NCBI GenBank assembly: GCA_023266795.1
Contig: JAHFPI010000002.1
Coordinates: forward strand, 1 to 27,339
From: Rhodospirillales bacterium
GTDB lineage: Bacteria > Pseudomonadota > Alphaproteobacteria > Micavibrionales > UBA2020
DNA: 27,339 bases
Reading direction: 5' to 3'
Shown here: piece by piece, positions 18,001 through 27,339 of the stretch
Layout of the letters: each line of letters starts with the position of its first letter
Position numbering within the stretch: position 1 is the first letter of the stretch
Program-made: the position numbers and the translations under genes
The notes under the pieces: model-generated
What the model saw: only the letters and a program-made list of their open reading frames with translations
What the model was told of the DNA's origin: nothing
Database searches by the model: none

Positions 18001-20985
18001 ATGACAGACCCCGCCGTTTACAACATCGCCGCAGGATATTCCTTCGCCGATGCGCTGGCGGCGGGGATACTGGAACGGACGGCAACGGATCCGCTGCTGC
18101 TCACCGATTACACGATTTTACTGCCCAGCCGCCGCGCCTGCCGCACCCTGCGCGAGGCTTTCCTGCGTCTGTCAGGGGGCAAGGCCATCCTGCTGCCGGT
18201 GATGCACCCGATCGGCGATGTCGATGCGGATGAAATGGCGATGTTCCTGGCGGCGGAGGATGATGTCGCGGAAAGCATCGACATTCCGCCCGCCGTTTCC
18301 CGCCTTGAGCGCCAACTCTTGCTGGCGCAGGCGATACAGAAAGCTGGCATGGCGCAATCTTTCGATCAGGCCGTGGCGCTGGCCCTGGAGCTGGGGCATT
18401 TTCTCGACGAAGTGCAGACCGAGCGTCTCGGCTTTGACGGCTTGGCGAAACTGGTGCCCGCCGAATTCGCCGGGCACTGGCAGAAGACCCTCGAATTCCT
18501 CAAAATTCTCACCGAGCACTGGCCGGAAATTTTAAAGGAGCGCGGGGTGATCGATTTCGCCGCGCGGCGCAACCTGCTGCTCGAAGCGCAGATCAGCGCG
18601 TGGCAGAAGCACCCGCCGCAAAAACCGGTGATTGCCGCCGGCTCGACCGGCACCGTTCCGGCGGCGGCGGAACTGCTGGCGCTGGTCTCCCGCCTGCCGC
18701 AGGGGATGCTGGTATTGCCGGGGCTGGATGCAGAAATGGATGCGGCCAGCTGGGACAAGCTGGGCGAGGACCATCCGCAGTTCAACCTGAAAAAATTATT
18801 GCAGCGGGTGGGGATCGAACGCGATGCCGTGCAGGCGTGGGAGCTGAAAAAACCTCCTGTTATCAACCGCCAGCGCGTGCGTTTGATGTCGGAGGCGATG
18901 CGCCCCGCCGACACCACCGAGAACTGGCGCAAGCTGACCACCGCCGACATTTCCGCGCCCGCGCTGGAAGGCTTCATGCGGATTGACTGCGACACGCCGC
19001 AGGAGGAAGCAGATGTGATCGCTTTCGCTATGCGCGAGACGCTGGAGACTCCCGGCAAAACCTGCGCGCTGATTACGCCGGACCGCCGTCTGGCGCGGCG
19101 CGTGTCCTTGAGCCTGCGCCGCTGGGGCATTGCGATTGACGATTCCGGCGGGCAGCCGCTGACCGAGCTTGCCGTCGGCACATGGCTGATGCTGACGGCG
19201 GAGATGGCCGAGGAGGCGCTGGCGCCTGTCACGCTGCTGTCGTTCCTGAAACATCCGTTTCTGGCGGCGGGGATGCCGCCGCAGGAATTGCGCGGCATGG
19301 TTTATGCGCTCGACCAGCTGGCGCTGCGCGGCCCGCGTCCCTCGCGCGGCTTTCAGGGGCTGCGCGACGCGATAGGCGCTCTCAAATCAAATCAAAAACC
19401 GCTGCTGCAATGGCTGGACAAGCTGGAAGAACGAATGCAGGAATTCGTCGGGATGATGACGGCGGCGGAAAAAACGCCCTTCGCCGCCCTGCTGGCCTGC
19501 CATATCCGCATGGCTGAATCCCTCGCAGCGACCGCCGAAATTCCCGGCGCGGCGCGTCTGTGGCAGGGCGAGGCGGGAGAGACCGCCGGTGAATTCCTCA
19601 ACAGCCTGCTCCAGTCCGCGCGCGACGTGCCGCCGCTGTCGCCGGAGCATTATGTGTCTTTGCTCGGCACGCTGCTGAAAACCCTGACGGTGCGCCCGCG
19701 CTACGGCGCCCATCCGCGTCTGGGCATTCTCGGGCAGATCGAGGCGCGGCTCTATTGCGCCGATATGGTGATTTTGGGTGGGCTGAACGAAGGAACATGG
19801 CCGGACCTGCCGGCGCACGACCCGTGGATGTCGCGCCCGATGCGCAAACAATTCGGCCTGCCGTCACCGGAGAAAAGCATCAGCCTTTCGGCGCATGATT
19901 TCGTGCAGGCGGGCAGCGCGCCGGAAGTGATGCTCACCCGCGCCCGCAAGGTGGACGGCACGCCGACGGTGCCCGCGCGCTGGCTGCTGCGCCTGGAGAC
20001 GGTTTTGAAGGCGGTCGGGCTGGAATGGCCGGAAGCGCCCGCGCTGCAATACCGCCAGTGGGTGCGCGATCTGGACACGCCGCCGGACGTCACGCCCATT
20101 TCCCGCCCCGCGCCGGTGCCGCCGGTTGAAGCGCGTCCGCGCCAGTTGTCGGTGACGCAGATCGAAAGCTGGATGCGAGATCCGTACCAGATTTACGCGA
20201 AACATGTGCTGGGCCTCCGGGCGCTCGATCCGGTGGATGCCGATCCCGGCGGGGCGGAGCGCGGCACGTTCATCCACGCCGCGCTGGAAAAATTCATCGC
20301 CGCCTATCCCAAAAAGCTGCCGGACGACGCCGTGGAGCAGTTGCTGGATTTCGGGCGGGCGGCGCTGACGGAAATGCGCATCCCGCAGGAGGTCGAGGCT
20401 TTCTGGTGGCCGCGCTTCGAGAAAATCGCCGGCCAGTTCATCCGGCAGGAGCGCGACTGGCGCGAGGAGGCCAGCCCCTACCTGACCGAAACGTCAGGCC
20501 GCTGGCAGTTCGAAACGGCGGGCGGGCCGTTTGTCCTCACCGGCAAGGCCGACCGCATCGATAAAATGCGCGACGGCAGTTACGCGATCATCGATTACAA
20601 ATCCGGCTTCACGCCGGAGAATGGCGCCGTCAAAGCCGGCCTGTCGCCGCAGCTGCCGCTGGAAGCGCTGATGCTGGAGCAGGGCGGGTTCGAAAAAATT
20701 CCCGCCGGAAAAGTCAGCGCGCTGGTGTACTGGAAGGTCACCGGCGGCGGGCAGAAGCCGGTCGAGAAAAAAGCCGTGACGCCGAAGGATTACAGCGTCG
20801 CGCAGATGGTGACGGATGCGGAGTCCGGATTAAAAGCGCTGGTGGCGCAGTTCGACGATCCCCTGACGCCGTACCTCAGCCAGCCCCGCGCCGATGCCCG
20901 TCCGGCCTTTTCGGATTACGAACATCTGGCGCGCATCAAGGAATGGGGCGTCTCGGGCGATGACGGGGAGGAAGAGGCGGCATGA
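18001..20985 (+). CDS. addB: Double-strand break repair protein AddB
   Basis: 994 aa; LLPSRRACR, GSTG..PAAA, ALITPDRRLARRV, LGGLNEGTWP, PD-(D/E)xK nuclease GKADRID...IIDYKS. Confidence 0.95.
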   Translation: MTDPAVYNIAAGYSFADALAAGILERTATDPLLLTDYTILLPSRRACRTLREAFLRLSGGKAILLPVMHPIGDVDADEMAMFLAAEDDVAESIDIPPAVSRLERQLLLAQAIQKAGMAQSFDQAVALALELGHFLDEVQTERLGFDGLAKLVPAEFAGHWQKTLEFLKILTEHWPEILKERGVIDFAARRNLLLEAQISAWQKHPPQKPVIAAGSTGTVPAAAELLALVSRLPQGMLVLPGLDAEMDAASWDKLGEDHPQFNLKKLLQRVGIERDAVQAWELKKPPVINRQRVRLMSEAMRPADTTENWRKLTTADISAPALEGFMRIDCDTPQEEADVIAFAMRETLETPGKTCALITPDRRLARRVSLSLRRWGIAIDDSGGQPLTELAVGTWLMLTAEMAEEALAPVTLLSFLKHPFLAAGMPPQELRGMVYALDQLALRGPRPSRGFQGLRDAIGALKSNQKPLLQWLDKLEERMQEFVGMMTAAEKTPFAALLACHIRMAESLAATAEIPGAARLWQGEAGETAGEFLNSLLQSARDVPPLSPEHYVSLLGTLLKTLTVRPRYGAHPRLGILGQIEARLYCADMVILGGLNEGTWPDLPAHDPWMSRPMRKQFGLPSPEKSISLSAHDFVQAGSAPEVMLTRARKVDGTPTVPARWLLRLETVLKAVGLEWPEAPALQYRQWVRDLDTPPDVTPISRPAPVPPVEARPRQLSVTQIESWMRDPYQIYAKHVLGLRALDPVDADPGGAERGTFIHAALEKFIAAYPKKLPDDAVEQLLDFGRAALTEMRIPQEVEAFWWPRFEKIAGQFIRQERDWREEASPYLTETSGRWQFETAGGPFVLTGKADRIDKMRDGSYAIIDYKSGFTPENGAVKAGLSPQLPLEALMLEQGGFEKIPAGKVSALVYWKVTGGGQKPVEKKAVTPKDYSVAQMVTDAESGLKALVAQFDDPLTPYLSQPRADARPAFSDYEHLARIKEWGVSGDDGEEEAA

Positions 20986-23900
20986 CCGAACCTGCCCTCA
21001 AAAAACCGTTTGAAAAAAATGACGCCGGGCTGAAACAGGCCGAAGCCTCCGATCCGCTGCGCAGCGTCTGGGTCGGCGCGTCCGCCGGCACCGGCAAGAC
21101 GAAAGTGCTGATCGACCGCGTGCTGCGCCTGATGCTGCCGCGCGCGGGGTTGCCGAGGGAGAGCGCGACCCTGCCCGGCAAAGTGCTGTGCCTGACCTTC
21201 ACCAAGACGGCGGCGGCGGAAATGTCCAACCGGATTTACGAGCGTCTCAGCGGCTGGTCGGTCAAGAGCGACGCGGAGCTGCAAAAGGAATTGCAGGAGC
21301 TGATCGGCGTCCCGCCGTCGGCGGAAATCCAGGAAGAGGCGCGGCGGCTGTTCGCGCGGGTGCTGGACACGCCGGGCGGCCTGAAAATCATGACGCTGCA
21401 TTCCTTCTGCCAGTCGGTGCTGAAGCGTTTCCCCATCGAGGCGGGGCTGCCGCCGCATTTCGAGCTGATGGACGAACAGAGCGCCATCGAATACCTGACC
21501 AAATGCCTGCACGGCATCATCGACGAGGCGCGGGAAAGCCCCGATTCCGTGCTGTCGCAGTCGTTCAACCAGCTGGCGCTGCATCTCGATTCCACGGCGA
21601 TGTCGGAGCTGATGCAGCAGATCATGGCCAAGCGCAGCCTGCTCGGCGAAATCCTCAAGGCGCACGGCGACAGGGAAGGCCACGCGGAAAAAACCATCGC
21701 GGCGGTCTACCGCGACCTCCGGCTCGATGAAGGCATCACCGAGGAAGCCGTCCTCGCCCGCGCAGGCAGGCTCATCGATACCGAAGAATCTGAACTTAAA
21801 AAAGCCTTGCAAGCCCTGACGCAGGGCGGCAAGGGCGATAAGGAAGCCGCCGCCTGCATGCAGCCGTGGCTGGAGCAGAAAAACCGCCGTGCGGAACTGT
21901 TCGGTTTTTACTGTCAGGCCTATTTCACCGGCAAGGGCGAGATCTTCAAAAAACTTGCCACCAAGGCGGCCGTCGATATTTATCCGGATATCCTGTCCGT
22001 GATGCAGCGCGAGGCGGAGCGGCTGGAGATGATAAGGCAGGAGCTGCAGTCGGTGCGCCTCGCCGCGCTCAACGCCGCGTTGCTGACGGTGGGGTCGGCG
22101 ATGGTCGGGCATTATGCGCGTTACAAGAGATACCGCGACAAGCTGGATTTCGACGACCTGATTATCAAGGCCTGCGAACTGCTGGCGGAAGAGAATATGG
22201 TGCCGTGGGTGCTGTTCAAGCTGGACGAGGGGATCGACCACATCCTCGTCGACGAGGCGCAGGATACCAGCCGCAACCAGTGGCGGGTGATCGAGGCGCT
22301 GAGCGGGGAGTTTTTCGCGGGGCGCGGCTCGCGGGAGAACACGCTGCGGACGCTGTTCGTCGTCGGCGATGAAAAGCAGTCCATTTTCAGCTTTCAGGGC
22401 GCCGATCCTGCCGAGTTTTTCCGCATGCAGGAATTTTTCGGCGGCCGGGTGAACGAAGTGCAGGACGGCTGGGAGATTTTCCTCGAATATTCCTTCCGCT
22501 CGACACGCACCGTGCTGGAAGTGGTGGACAGCGTGTTTGTCAATCCGCAGGCGCGGCGCGGCGTGGCCGAGCGCGAGGTGCTGCACCGTCCGTTCCGCAC
22601 CGGACAGGCGGGGATTGTGGAACTGTGGCCGTTGATCAAGACGGCGGCGAAGGATAAGCCGCAGCCGTGGCAGCTGCCGGTGGACATCGACGGCGGGGAT
22701 AACGCCGCCAGCCGCCTTGCCGGAAAAATTGCCGACACCATCAAGGGCTGGATCGACAAAAAAGAAATGCTCGCCTCCCGCGCCCGCCCGATCCGCGCCG
22801 GCGACGTGCTGATACTGGTGCAGTCGCGCGGGGCGTTCGTCGAGCTGCTGATGCGGGCGCTGAAAAACCGTGATGTGCCGGTGGCGGGGGTCGACCGCAT
22901 GACGCTGACCGAAGAAATCGCGGTGATGGACCTGCTGGCGCTGGCGCAGTTCGCCCTGCTGCCGAAAGACGATTTAACCTTGGCCAGCCTGCTGAAATCG
23001 CCGCTGGTCGGCCTGACCGAGGAGGACGTCTACCGCCTGTGCTACCGGCGCGGCGGCACGCTCTGGGCGTCCATCCAGCAGGGGAATTCGCCGTTGGCCG
23101 CCTGGCTGCACAACTGGGTGGTGAAGGCCGGGTCGGTCACGCCCTATGCGTTTTTTGCCGAAGCGCTGAACACGGCCTGCTTCGCCGATCCGGCGGGTGG
23201 GCGGCGCGCCTTTTATGGCCGCCTCGGTTTTGACATTCAGGACGCACTGGACGAATTTCTCAACAGCTGCCTGCATTACGAGCAAAGCCACACGCCGTCG
23301 CTGCAGAAATTCATCGACTGGTTCTCGCGCGGCGAGGCGCAGATCAAGCGCGAGCAGGACGCGGGCAAGGCCGATCTGGTACGGATTATGACGGTGCACG
23401 GCGCCAAGGGGCTACAGGCGCCCATCGTGTTCCTGCCGGACACGGTCAAGAAGCTGCACGACCACAACAAGGCGCGGGCGCATCTGCTCTGGCCGGAGGA
23501 GGAAACGGGCGTGCCGCTGTGGTCGCCGCGTGCCGAGTTCGGTGCGCCGGTTTACAACGCGCGTCAGGCGGCGGCGCGCGAGCGGCAGGAGGAGGAATAC
23601 CGGCGGCTGCTGTACGTGGCACTGACCCGCGCCGAGGACAGGCTTTATGTCTGCGGTTATCACGGCGTGCGCAGCCCCAAGCCGGATTGCTGGTATAATC
23701 TTGTCTCTGGCGCTTTCCCTGCGGCAGCGGAAAAAGAAAATTTTATCGTCGGCGGGGAAATCCTGCAGGACGACGGCGGCGAGCCGCTGCTGCTCCGCCG
23801 CCGCGCGCATCCGCAGGAAGTTGCCGCAGAAAAAGAAAAGCTGCGGAAGGAAAAATCCGCCGCCGCGCGCGCGCCGCTGCCGGACTGGGTTTCCTTGACG

Positions 23901-24491
23901 TTGAAAGAAGAGCCGTCGCCGCCGCAGCCGCTCGCGCCGTCGCGTCCGGATGATAACGAACCGGCGATGAAAGGGCCGCTGGCGGAGACAGGCGACTGGA
24001 AATTCCGGCGCGGGATCATCGTGCACCAGATACTTGAAATCCTGCCGCAGCTGCCGGCGGAGAGATGGGAGAAAGCGCTGGCGCATTATCTGGCGCGGCC
24101 CCGCCTCGACATGCCGCCCGAGCAGCAGAAATCCTTCGCGGCGGAAATCCTGGCGGTGCTGCGCCATCCGGATTTCGCCGCTATTTTCGGCGCGGGGTCG
24201 CGGGCCGAAGTGCCGGTGGTGGGTTTTGCCGGACAGAAAATCCTCTCCGGCCAGATGGACCGGATTCTGGTGACGGACAGCGAGGTGCTGGTTATCGATT
24301 ACAAAACCAACCGCCCGCCGCCCGCCCGCGCCGCCGATGTGCCGGTTATTTATCTGAAGCAGATGGCGGCTTACCGGACGGTTATTCATAACATCTATCC
24401 GCAACATAATGTTAAATGTGCGTTGTTATGGACAGACGGCCCGCTTTTAATGCCGCTTTCCGAAAATATGCTTGACCCCTATGCACCGTAG
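20982..24491 (+). CDS. addA: Double-strand break repair helicase/nuclease AddA
   Basis: 1169 aa; ASAGTGKT, CLTFTKTAA.EM, DEAQDT, VGDEKQSIFSFQGA, MTVHGAKGL, YVALTRA, nuclease GQMDR..VIDYKT. Confidence 0.96.
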   Translation: MTEPALKKPFEKNDAGLKQAEASDPLRSVWVGASAGTGKTKVLIDRVLRLMLPRAGLPRESATLPGKVLCLTFTKTAAAEMSNRIYERLSGWSVKSDAELQKELQELIGVPPSAEIQEEARRLFARVLDTPGGLKIMTLHSFCQSVLKRFPIEAGLPPHFELMDEQSAIEYLTKCLHGIIDEARESPDSVLSQSFNQLALHLDSTAMSELMQQIMAKRSLLGEILKAHGDREGHAEKTIAAVYRDLRLDEGITEEAVLARAGRLIDTEESELKKALQALTQGGKGDKEAAACMQPWLEQKNRRAELFGFYCQAYFTGKGEIFKKLATKAAVDIYPDILSVMQREAERLEMIRQELQSVRLAALNAALLTVGSAMVGHYARYKRYRDKLDFDDLIIKACELLAEENMVPWVLFKLDEGIDHILVDEAQDTSRNQWRVIEALSGEFFAGRGSRENTLRTLFVVGDEKQSIFSFQGADPAEFFRMQEFFGGRVNEVQDGWEIFLEYSFRSTRTVLEVVDSVFVNPQARRGVAEREVLHRPFRTGQAGIVELWPLIKTAAKDKPQPWQLPVDIDGGDNAASRLAGKIADTIKGWIDKKEMLASRARPIRAGDVLILVQSRGAFVELLMRALKNRDVPVAGVDRMTLTEEIAVMDLLALAQFALLPKDDLTLASLLKSPLVGLTEEDVYRLCYRRGGTLWASIQQGNSPLAAWLHNWVVKAGSVTPYAFFAEALNTACFADPAGGRRAFYGRLGFDIQDALDEFLNSCLHYEQSHTPSLQKFIDWFSRGEAQIKREQDAGKADLVRIMTVHGAKGLQAPIVFLPDTVKKLHDHNKARAHLLWPEEETGVPLWSPRAEFGAPVYNARQAAARERQEEEYRRLLYVALTRAEDRLYVCGYHGVRSPKPDCWYNLVSGAFPAAAEKENFIVGGEILQDDGGEPLLLRRRAHPQEVAAEKEKLRKEKSAAARAPLPDWVSLTLKEEPSPPQPLAPSRPDDNEPAMKGPLAETGDWKFRRGIIVHQILEILPQLPAERWEKALAHYLARPRLDMPPEQQKSFAAEILAVLRHPDFAAIFGAGSRAEVPVVGFAGQKILSGQMDRILVTDSEVLVIDYKTNRPPPARAADVPVIYLKQMAAYRTVIHNIYPQHNVKCALLWTDGPLLMPLSENMLDPYAP

Positions 24492-24539
24492 TTTTAGGGT
24501 GACTCCTGTCCCGCAAAACCCCGTTGAAAGGAAAATAAA

Positions 24540-24929
24540 ATGACAGCTCCCCTGCCGCCAAGCATCACGCACGTGACCAAAGAAAATTTCGTAGAGGAAG
24601 TTATGAACTCCGACAAACTGGTCCTGATTGATTTTTATGCCGACTGGTGCGGCCCGTGCAAATCCATGGCGCCGACGCTCGAGCAATTCGCCGCAGAAAA
24701 TCCTGACGTGAAAGTTGTCAAAATCAACATCGATAAAAGCCCGGAACTGATGCAGGCTTTCGGCGTGCGCAGCATCCCGACGCTGGTGACGATCAAGGAC
24801 GGCAAGGGCCTTGCCGGCTCCGTCGGCGCAGTGCCGAAGAGCAAAATCGAAGAGCTCATCAGGGTATCCCTGCAAAAGCTTGCGATTACACCGGCGCCGA
24901 AGCAGTCGCCGCAACCCCCGACACCATAA
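24540..24929 (+). CDS. Thioredoxin paralog with Pro-rich termini
   Basis: DFYADWCGPCK, GVRSIPTL; AAGG SD upstream; tail ITPAPKQSPQPPTP. Confidence 0.88.
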   Translation: MTAPLPPSITHVTKENFVEEVMNSDKLVLIDFYADWCGPCKSMAPTLEQFAAENPDVKVVKINIDKSPELMQAFGVRSIPTLVTIKDGKGLAGSVGAVPKSKIEELIRVSLQKLAITPAPKQSPQPPTP

Positions 24930-24947
24930 CAATAACGGAGGCACCCG

Positions 24948-25268
24948 ATGGGCGCTCAACACGTCACCGATACCGATTTTGAAAAAGAGGTCCTGAAAGC
25001 GACCGGCCCCGTGCTGGTGGATTTCTGGGCGGAATGGTGCGGCCCCTGCCGCTCCCTGACGCCCAGCATCGACGCGCTGGCCGCCGAAAAGGGCACGCTG
25101 ATCAAAGTGGTCAAGATGAACGTCGATGAAAGCCCGGAAGCGCCGTCCAAATACGGTGTCCGCTCCATTCCGGCGCTGTACATCTTCAAAAACGGCGCAG
25201 TGGTGGCGCAAACCGTCGGCGCGCTGCAGAAGTCGGAACTCTTCAAATGGGTGGAAGGCTCTCTCTAG
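24948..25268 (+). CDS. trxA: Thioredoxin
   Basis: 106 aa; VLVDFWAEWCGPC, YGVRSIPAL; GGAGG SD; usual position after addA. Confidence 0.93.
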   Translation: MGAQHVTDTDFEKEVLKATGPVLVDFWAEWCGPCRSLTPSIDALAAEKGTLIKVVKMNVDESPEAPSKYGVRSIPALYIFKNGAVVAQTVGALQKSELFKWVEGSL

Positions 25269-25288
25269 CCCTTTCCCCGCACCGATTG

Positions 25289-25323
25289 AAAAAGCCCTTA
25301 CCTTCACTGGTAAGGGCTTTTTT
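25289..25323 (+). terminator. Intrinsic, probably bidirectional terminator after trxA
   Basis: A5, stem GCCCTTACC (25294-25302), loop TTCACT, GGTAAGGGC (25309-25317), T6. Confidence 0.88.
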
Positions 25324-25389
25324 CAAATCTTTTGTTTAGGGCTTAGGAATGTGTAATAATGTGGATTGCGGAAAACGGGCAAGGGTGTA

Positions 25390-25815
25390 ATGGGGGATTC
25401 TACAGCAGCCATTAGGTTCTTTGGCGATGATCTCGTCCCTGACGAGCTGTCGAAGCTGCTTGGCTGCCAGCCGACAGACGCATGTCTAAAAGGTGGCGCA
25501 TCGGACGTTGGTCAGCTACTGCCAGATGGAACCCGTGTTGCCAACTCAGGCCGCTGGATTCTGGATGCAGAAAGAAAAGAGCCAGTAGATATTGATAAGC
25601 AGGTCACCGAGATTTTGGGCAAAATGACAAATGACTTAAATGTATGGAGAGACCTCCGCAGCAAATGCAGCACAATAGACATCTTTTGCGGCGTTTTTAA
25701 GAGCGGCGAAGGCGACGGAATTTTCCTAACCGCAAGTTCGCTTGCAGCGCTTGGACAGCGCGGCATAGACTTAGCAGTAGACATTTACGGGGAAATCCTG
25801 CCGGATGAAAAATAG
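25390..25815 (+). CDS. DUF4279-family protein
   Basis: IRFFGDDLVPDELSKLLG.QPT, GRWIL, IFCGVF, L..LGQRGIDLAVDIY fit my recollection of DUF4279; ATG 25390 preferred to track start 25366. Confidence 0.7.
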   Translation: MGDSTAAIRFFGDDLVPDELSKLLGCQPTDACLKGGASDVGQLLPDGTRVANSGRWILDAERKEPVDIDKQVTEILGKMTNDLNVWRDLRSKCSTIDIFCGVFKSGEGDGIFLTASSLAALGQRGIDLAVDIYGEILPDEK

Positions 25816-25877
25816 TGGTATTTTTTTGGAAGATACATTATCACTCATTTAGAAAGATTGTTTGTCAAAACCATAAC

Positions 25878-26348
25878 ATGCGCCCTGTCGTAGCCCTATT
25901 CCTGGTTCTTTTTTTCTCCCTGCCTGCCTTTGCTGGCGGCAGTTATGAACCGGTGCATGTGCAGAAATTAACCATGCTGTCGGACACAGATTATGTTCTG
26001 GTGGCGCTGCCTACGCCCGACCCGAGCAAATATAAAGACCCTTTCCTTGGAAACTGCATGCGTTTCGAAGTGCACGGCAGCTTCCAACGCCTTGAAGGCA
26101 CACACTGGTTTATCTGGTGGAAAGCCTCCGGAGCACCGACAAAAGAGCAGCATTTAGCCGCGCTCGCCGAACTGAAAAAATATGAAGGCTCGAAATCGGT
26201 TATAAATTTTGGATGGATGGGCACCGGATTTAATATAATTGACCCCAAGAATCCCTGTATTGTCGAGAGCAGAGCCTTGGAATTTGTGAAGGACGGCGGT
26301 GAGTTCGGCAAAACCGTTGCTTTTATCTCATACTTCAATTCGATTTAG
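25878..26348 (+). CDS. Hypothetical secreted protein
   Basis: ATG 25878 gives a clean signal peptide MRPVVALFLVLFFSLPAFA|GG (A-x-A site); 156 aa, two Cys; no recognised family. Confidence 0.65.
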   Translation: MRPVVALFLVLFFSLPAFAGGSYEPVHVQKLTMLSDTDYVLVALPTPDPSKYKDPFLGNCMRFEVHGSFQRLEGTHWFIWWKASGAPTKEQHLAALAELKKYEGSKSVINFGWMGTGFNIIDPKNPCIVESRALEFVKDGGEFGKTVAFISYFNSI

Positions 26349-26424
26349 TTTCCGCAATGGAAATTACCACCCTGCTATGGGGCAGCTATGAGTGTGGTCA
26401 GAAATCGGATCTCCCCACCCTCTC

Positions 26425-26448
26425 CCCCCGCCTTCCGGGGGCTTTTTT
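26425..26448 (+). terminator. Putative intrinsic terminator closing the two-gene islet
   Basis: CCCCCG-CCTTC-CGGGGG, then C and T6. Confidence 0.6.
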
Positions 26449-26449
26449 A

Positions 26450-26479
26450 TTGCCTGAAACGCTGTATTTCTGCTATAAT
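26450..26479 (+). promoter_or_regulatory. Putative dnaK promoter (sigma70-like, overlapping an RpoH-like reading)
   Basis: TTGCCT (26450-26455), 18 bp, TATAAT (26474-26479); alternatively CCTGAA-N13-GCTATA, resembling alphaproteobacterial RpoH promoters. Confidence 0.45.
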
Positions 26480-26558
26480 AGGCTTATAAAATGATCTTTC
26501 ATTTAGAATAAATAGAGTGTAGTTTCTGGAACGAAACGATTTGTGTTTCCGTTGGTAG

Positions 26559-27339
<781 letters not shown>

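Noticed and set aside
20916-24407. Long minus-strand ORFs (556 aa at 20916-22586, 331 aa at 23412-24407 and others)
   Set aside because: Antisense shadows of addA.
26349-26448. Possible small RNA with C-rich anti-SD-like tract (CTCCCCACCCTCTCCCCCC) before the terminator
   Set aside because: No exact CCUCCUCCC loop motif, no convincing stems and no promoter; more simply a 3' UTR.

Overview
GC-rich alphaproteobacterial chromosomal backbone (gcrA, addBA-trxA and the acpS-lepB-rnc-era block are typical of this class; finer taxonomy cannot be established here). Housekeeping content: partial lipoprotein alpha/beta hydrolase, prmB, recQ, mrp/apbC, hflK-hflC-DUF2065, rel/rsh, DUF2062, acpS, lepB, rnc, era, gcrA, MurU-like nucleotidyltransferase, tsaE, ferredoxin-NADP reductase, NfuA/NifU-like protein, addB, addA, two tandem thioredoxins, and the 5' part of dnaK. 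Accessory content: (i) a tandem pair of DUF1566/Lcl (C-type-lectin-fold) paralogs with a shared scaffold and unalignable C-terminal segments, resembling DGR target proteins but with no reverse transcriptase or template repeat in the window; (ii) a low-GC orphan gene inside the mrp-recQ unit; (iii) a two-gene lower-GC islet between trxA and dnaK; (iv) four REP-like palindromic dimers in three sequence subtypes, two of which bracket the MurU-like gene as direct repeats, one lying where amgK would usually be. No rRNA, tRNA, CRISPR array, transposase, integrase or defence system was recognised. I did not find a complete new system; the DUF1566 pair and the REP-bracketed murU module are the best leads. 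Family assignments come from motif recognition by eye, not from database searches.
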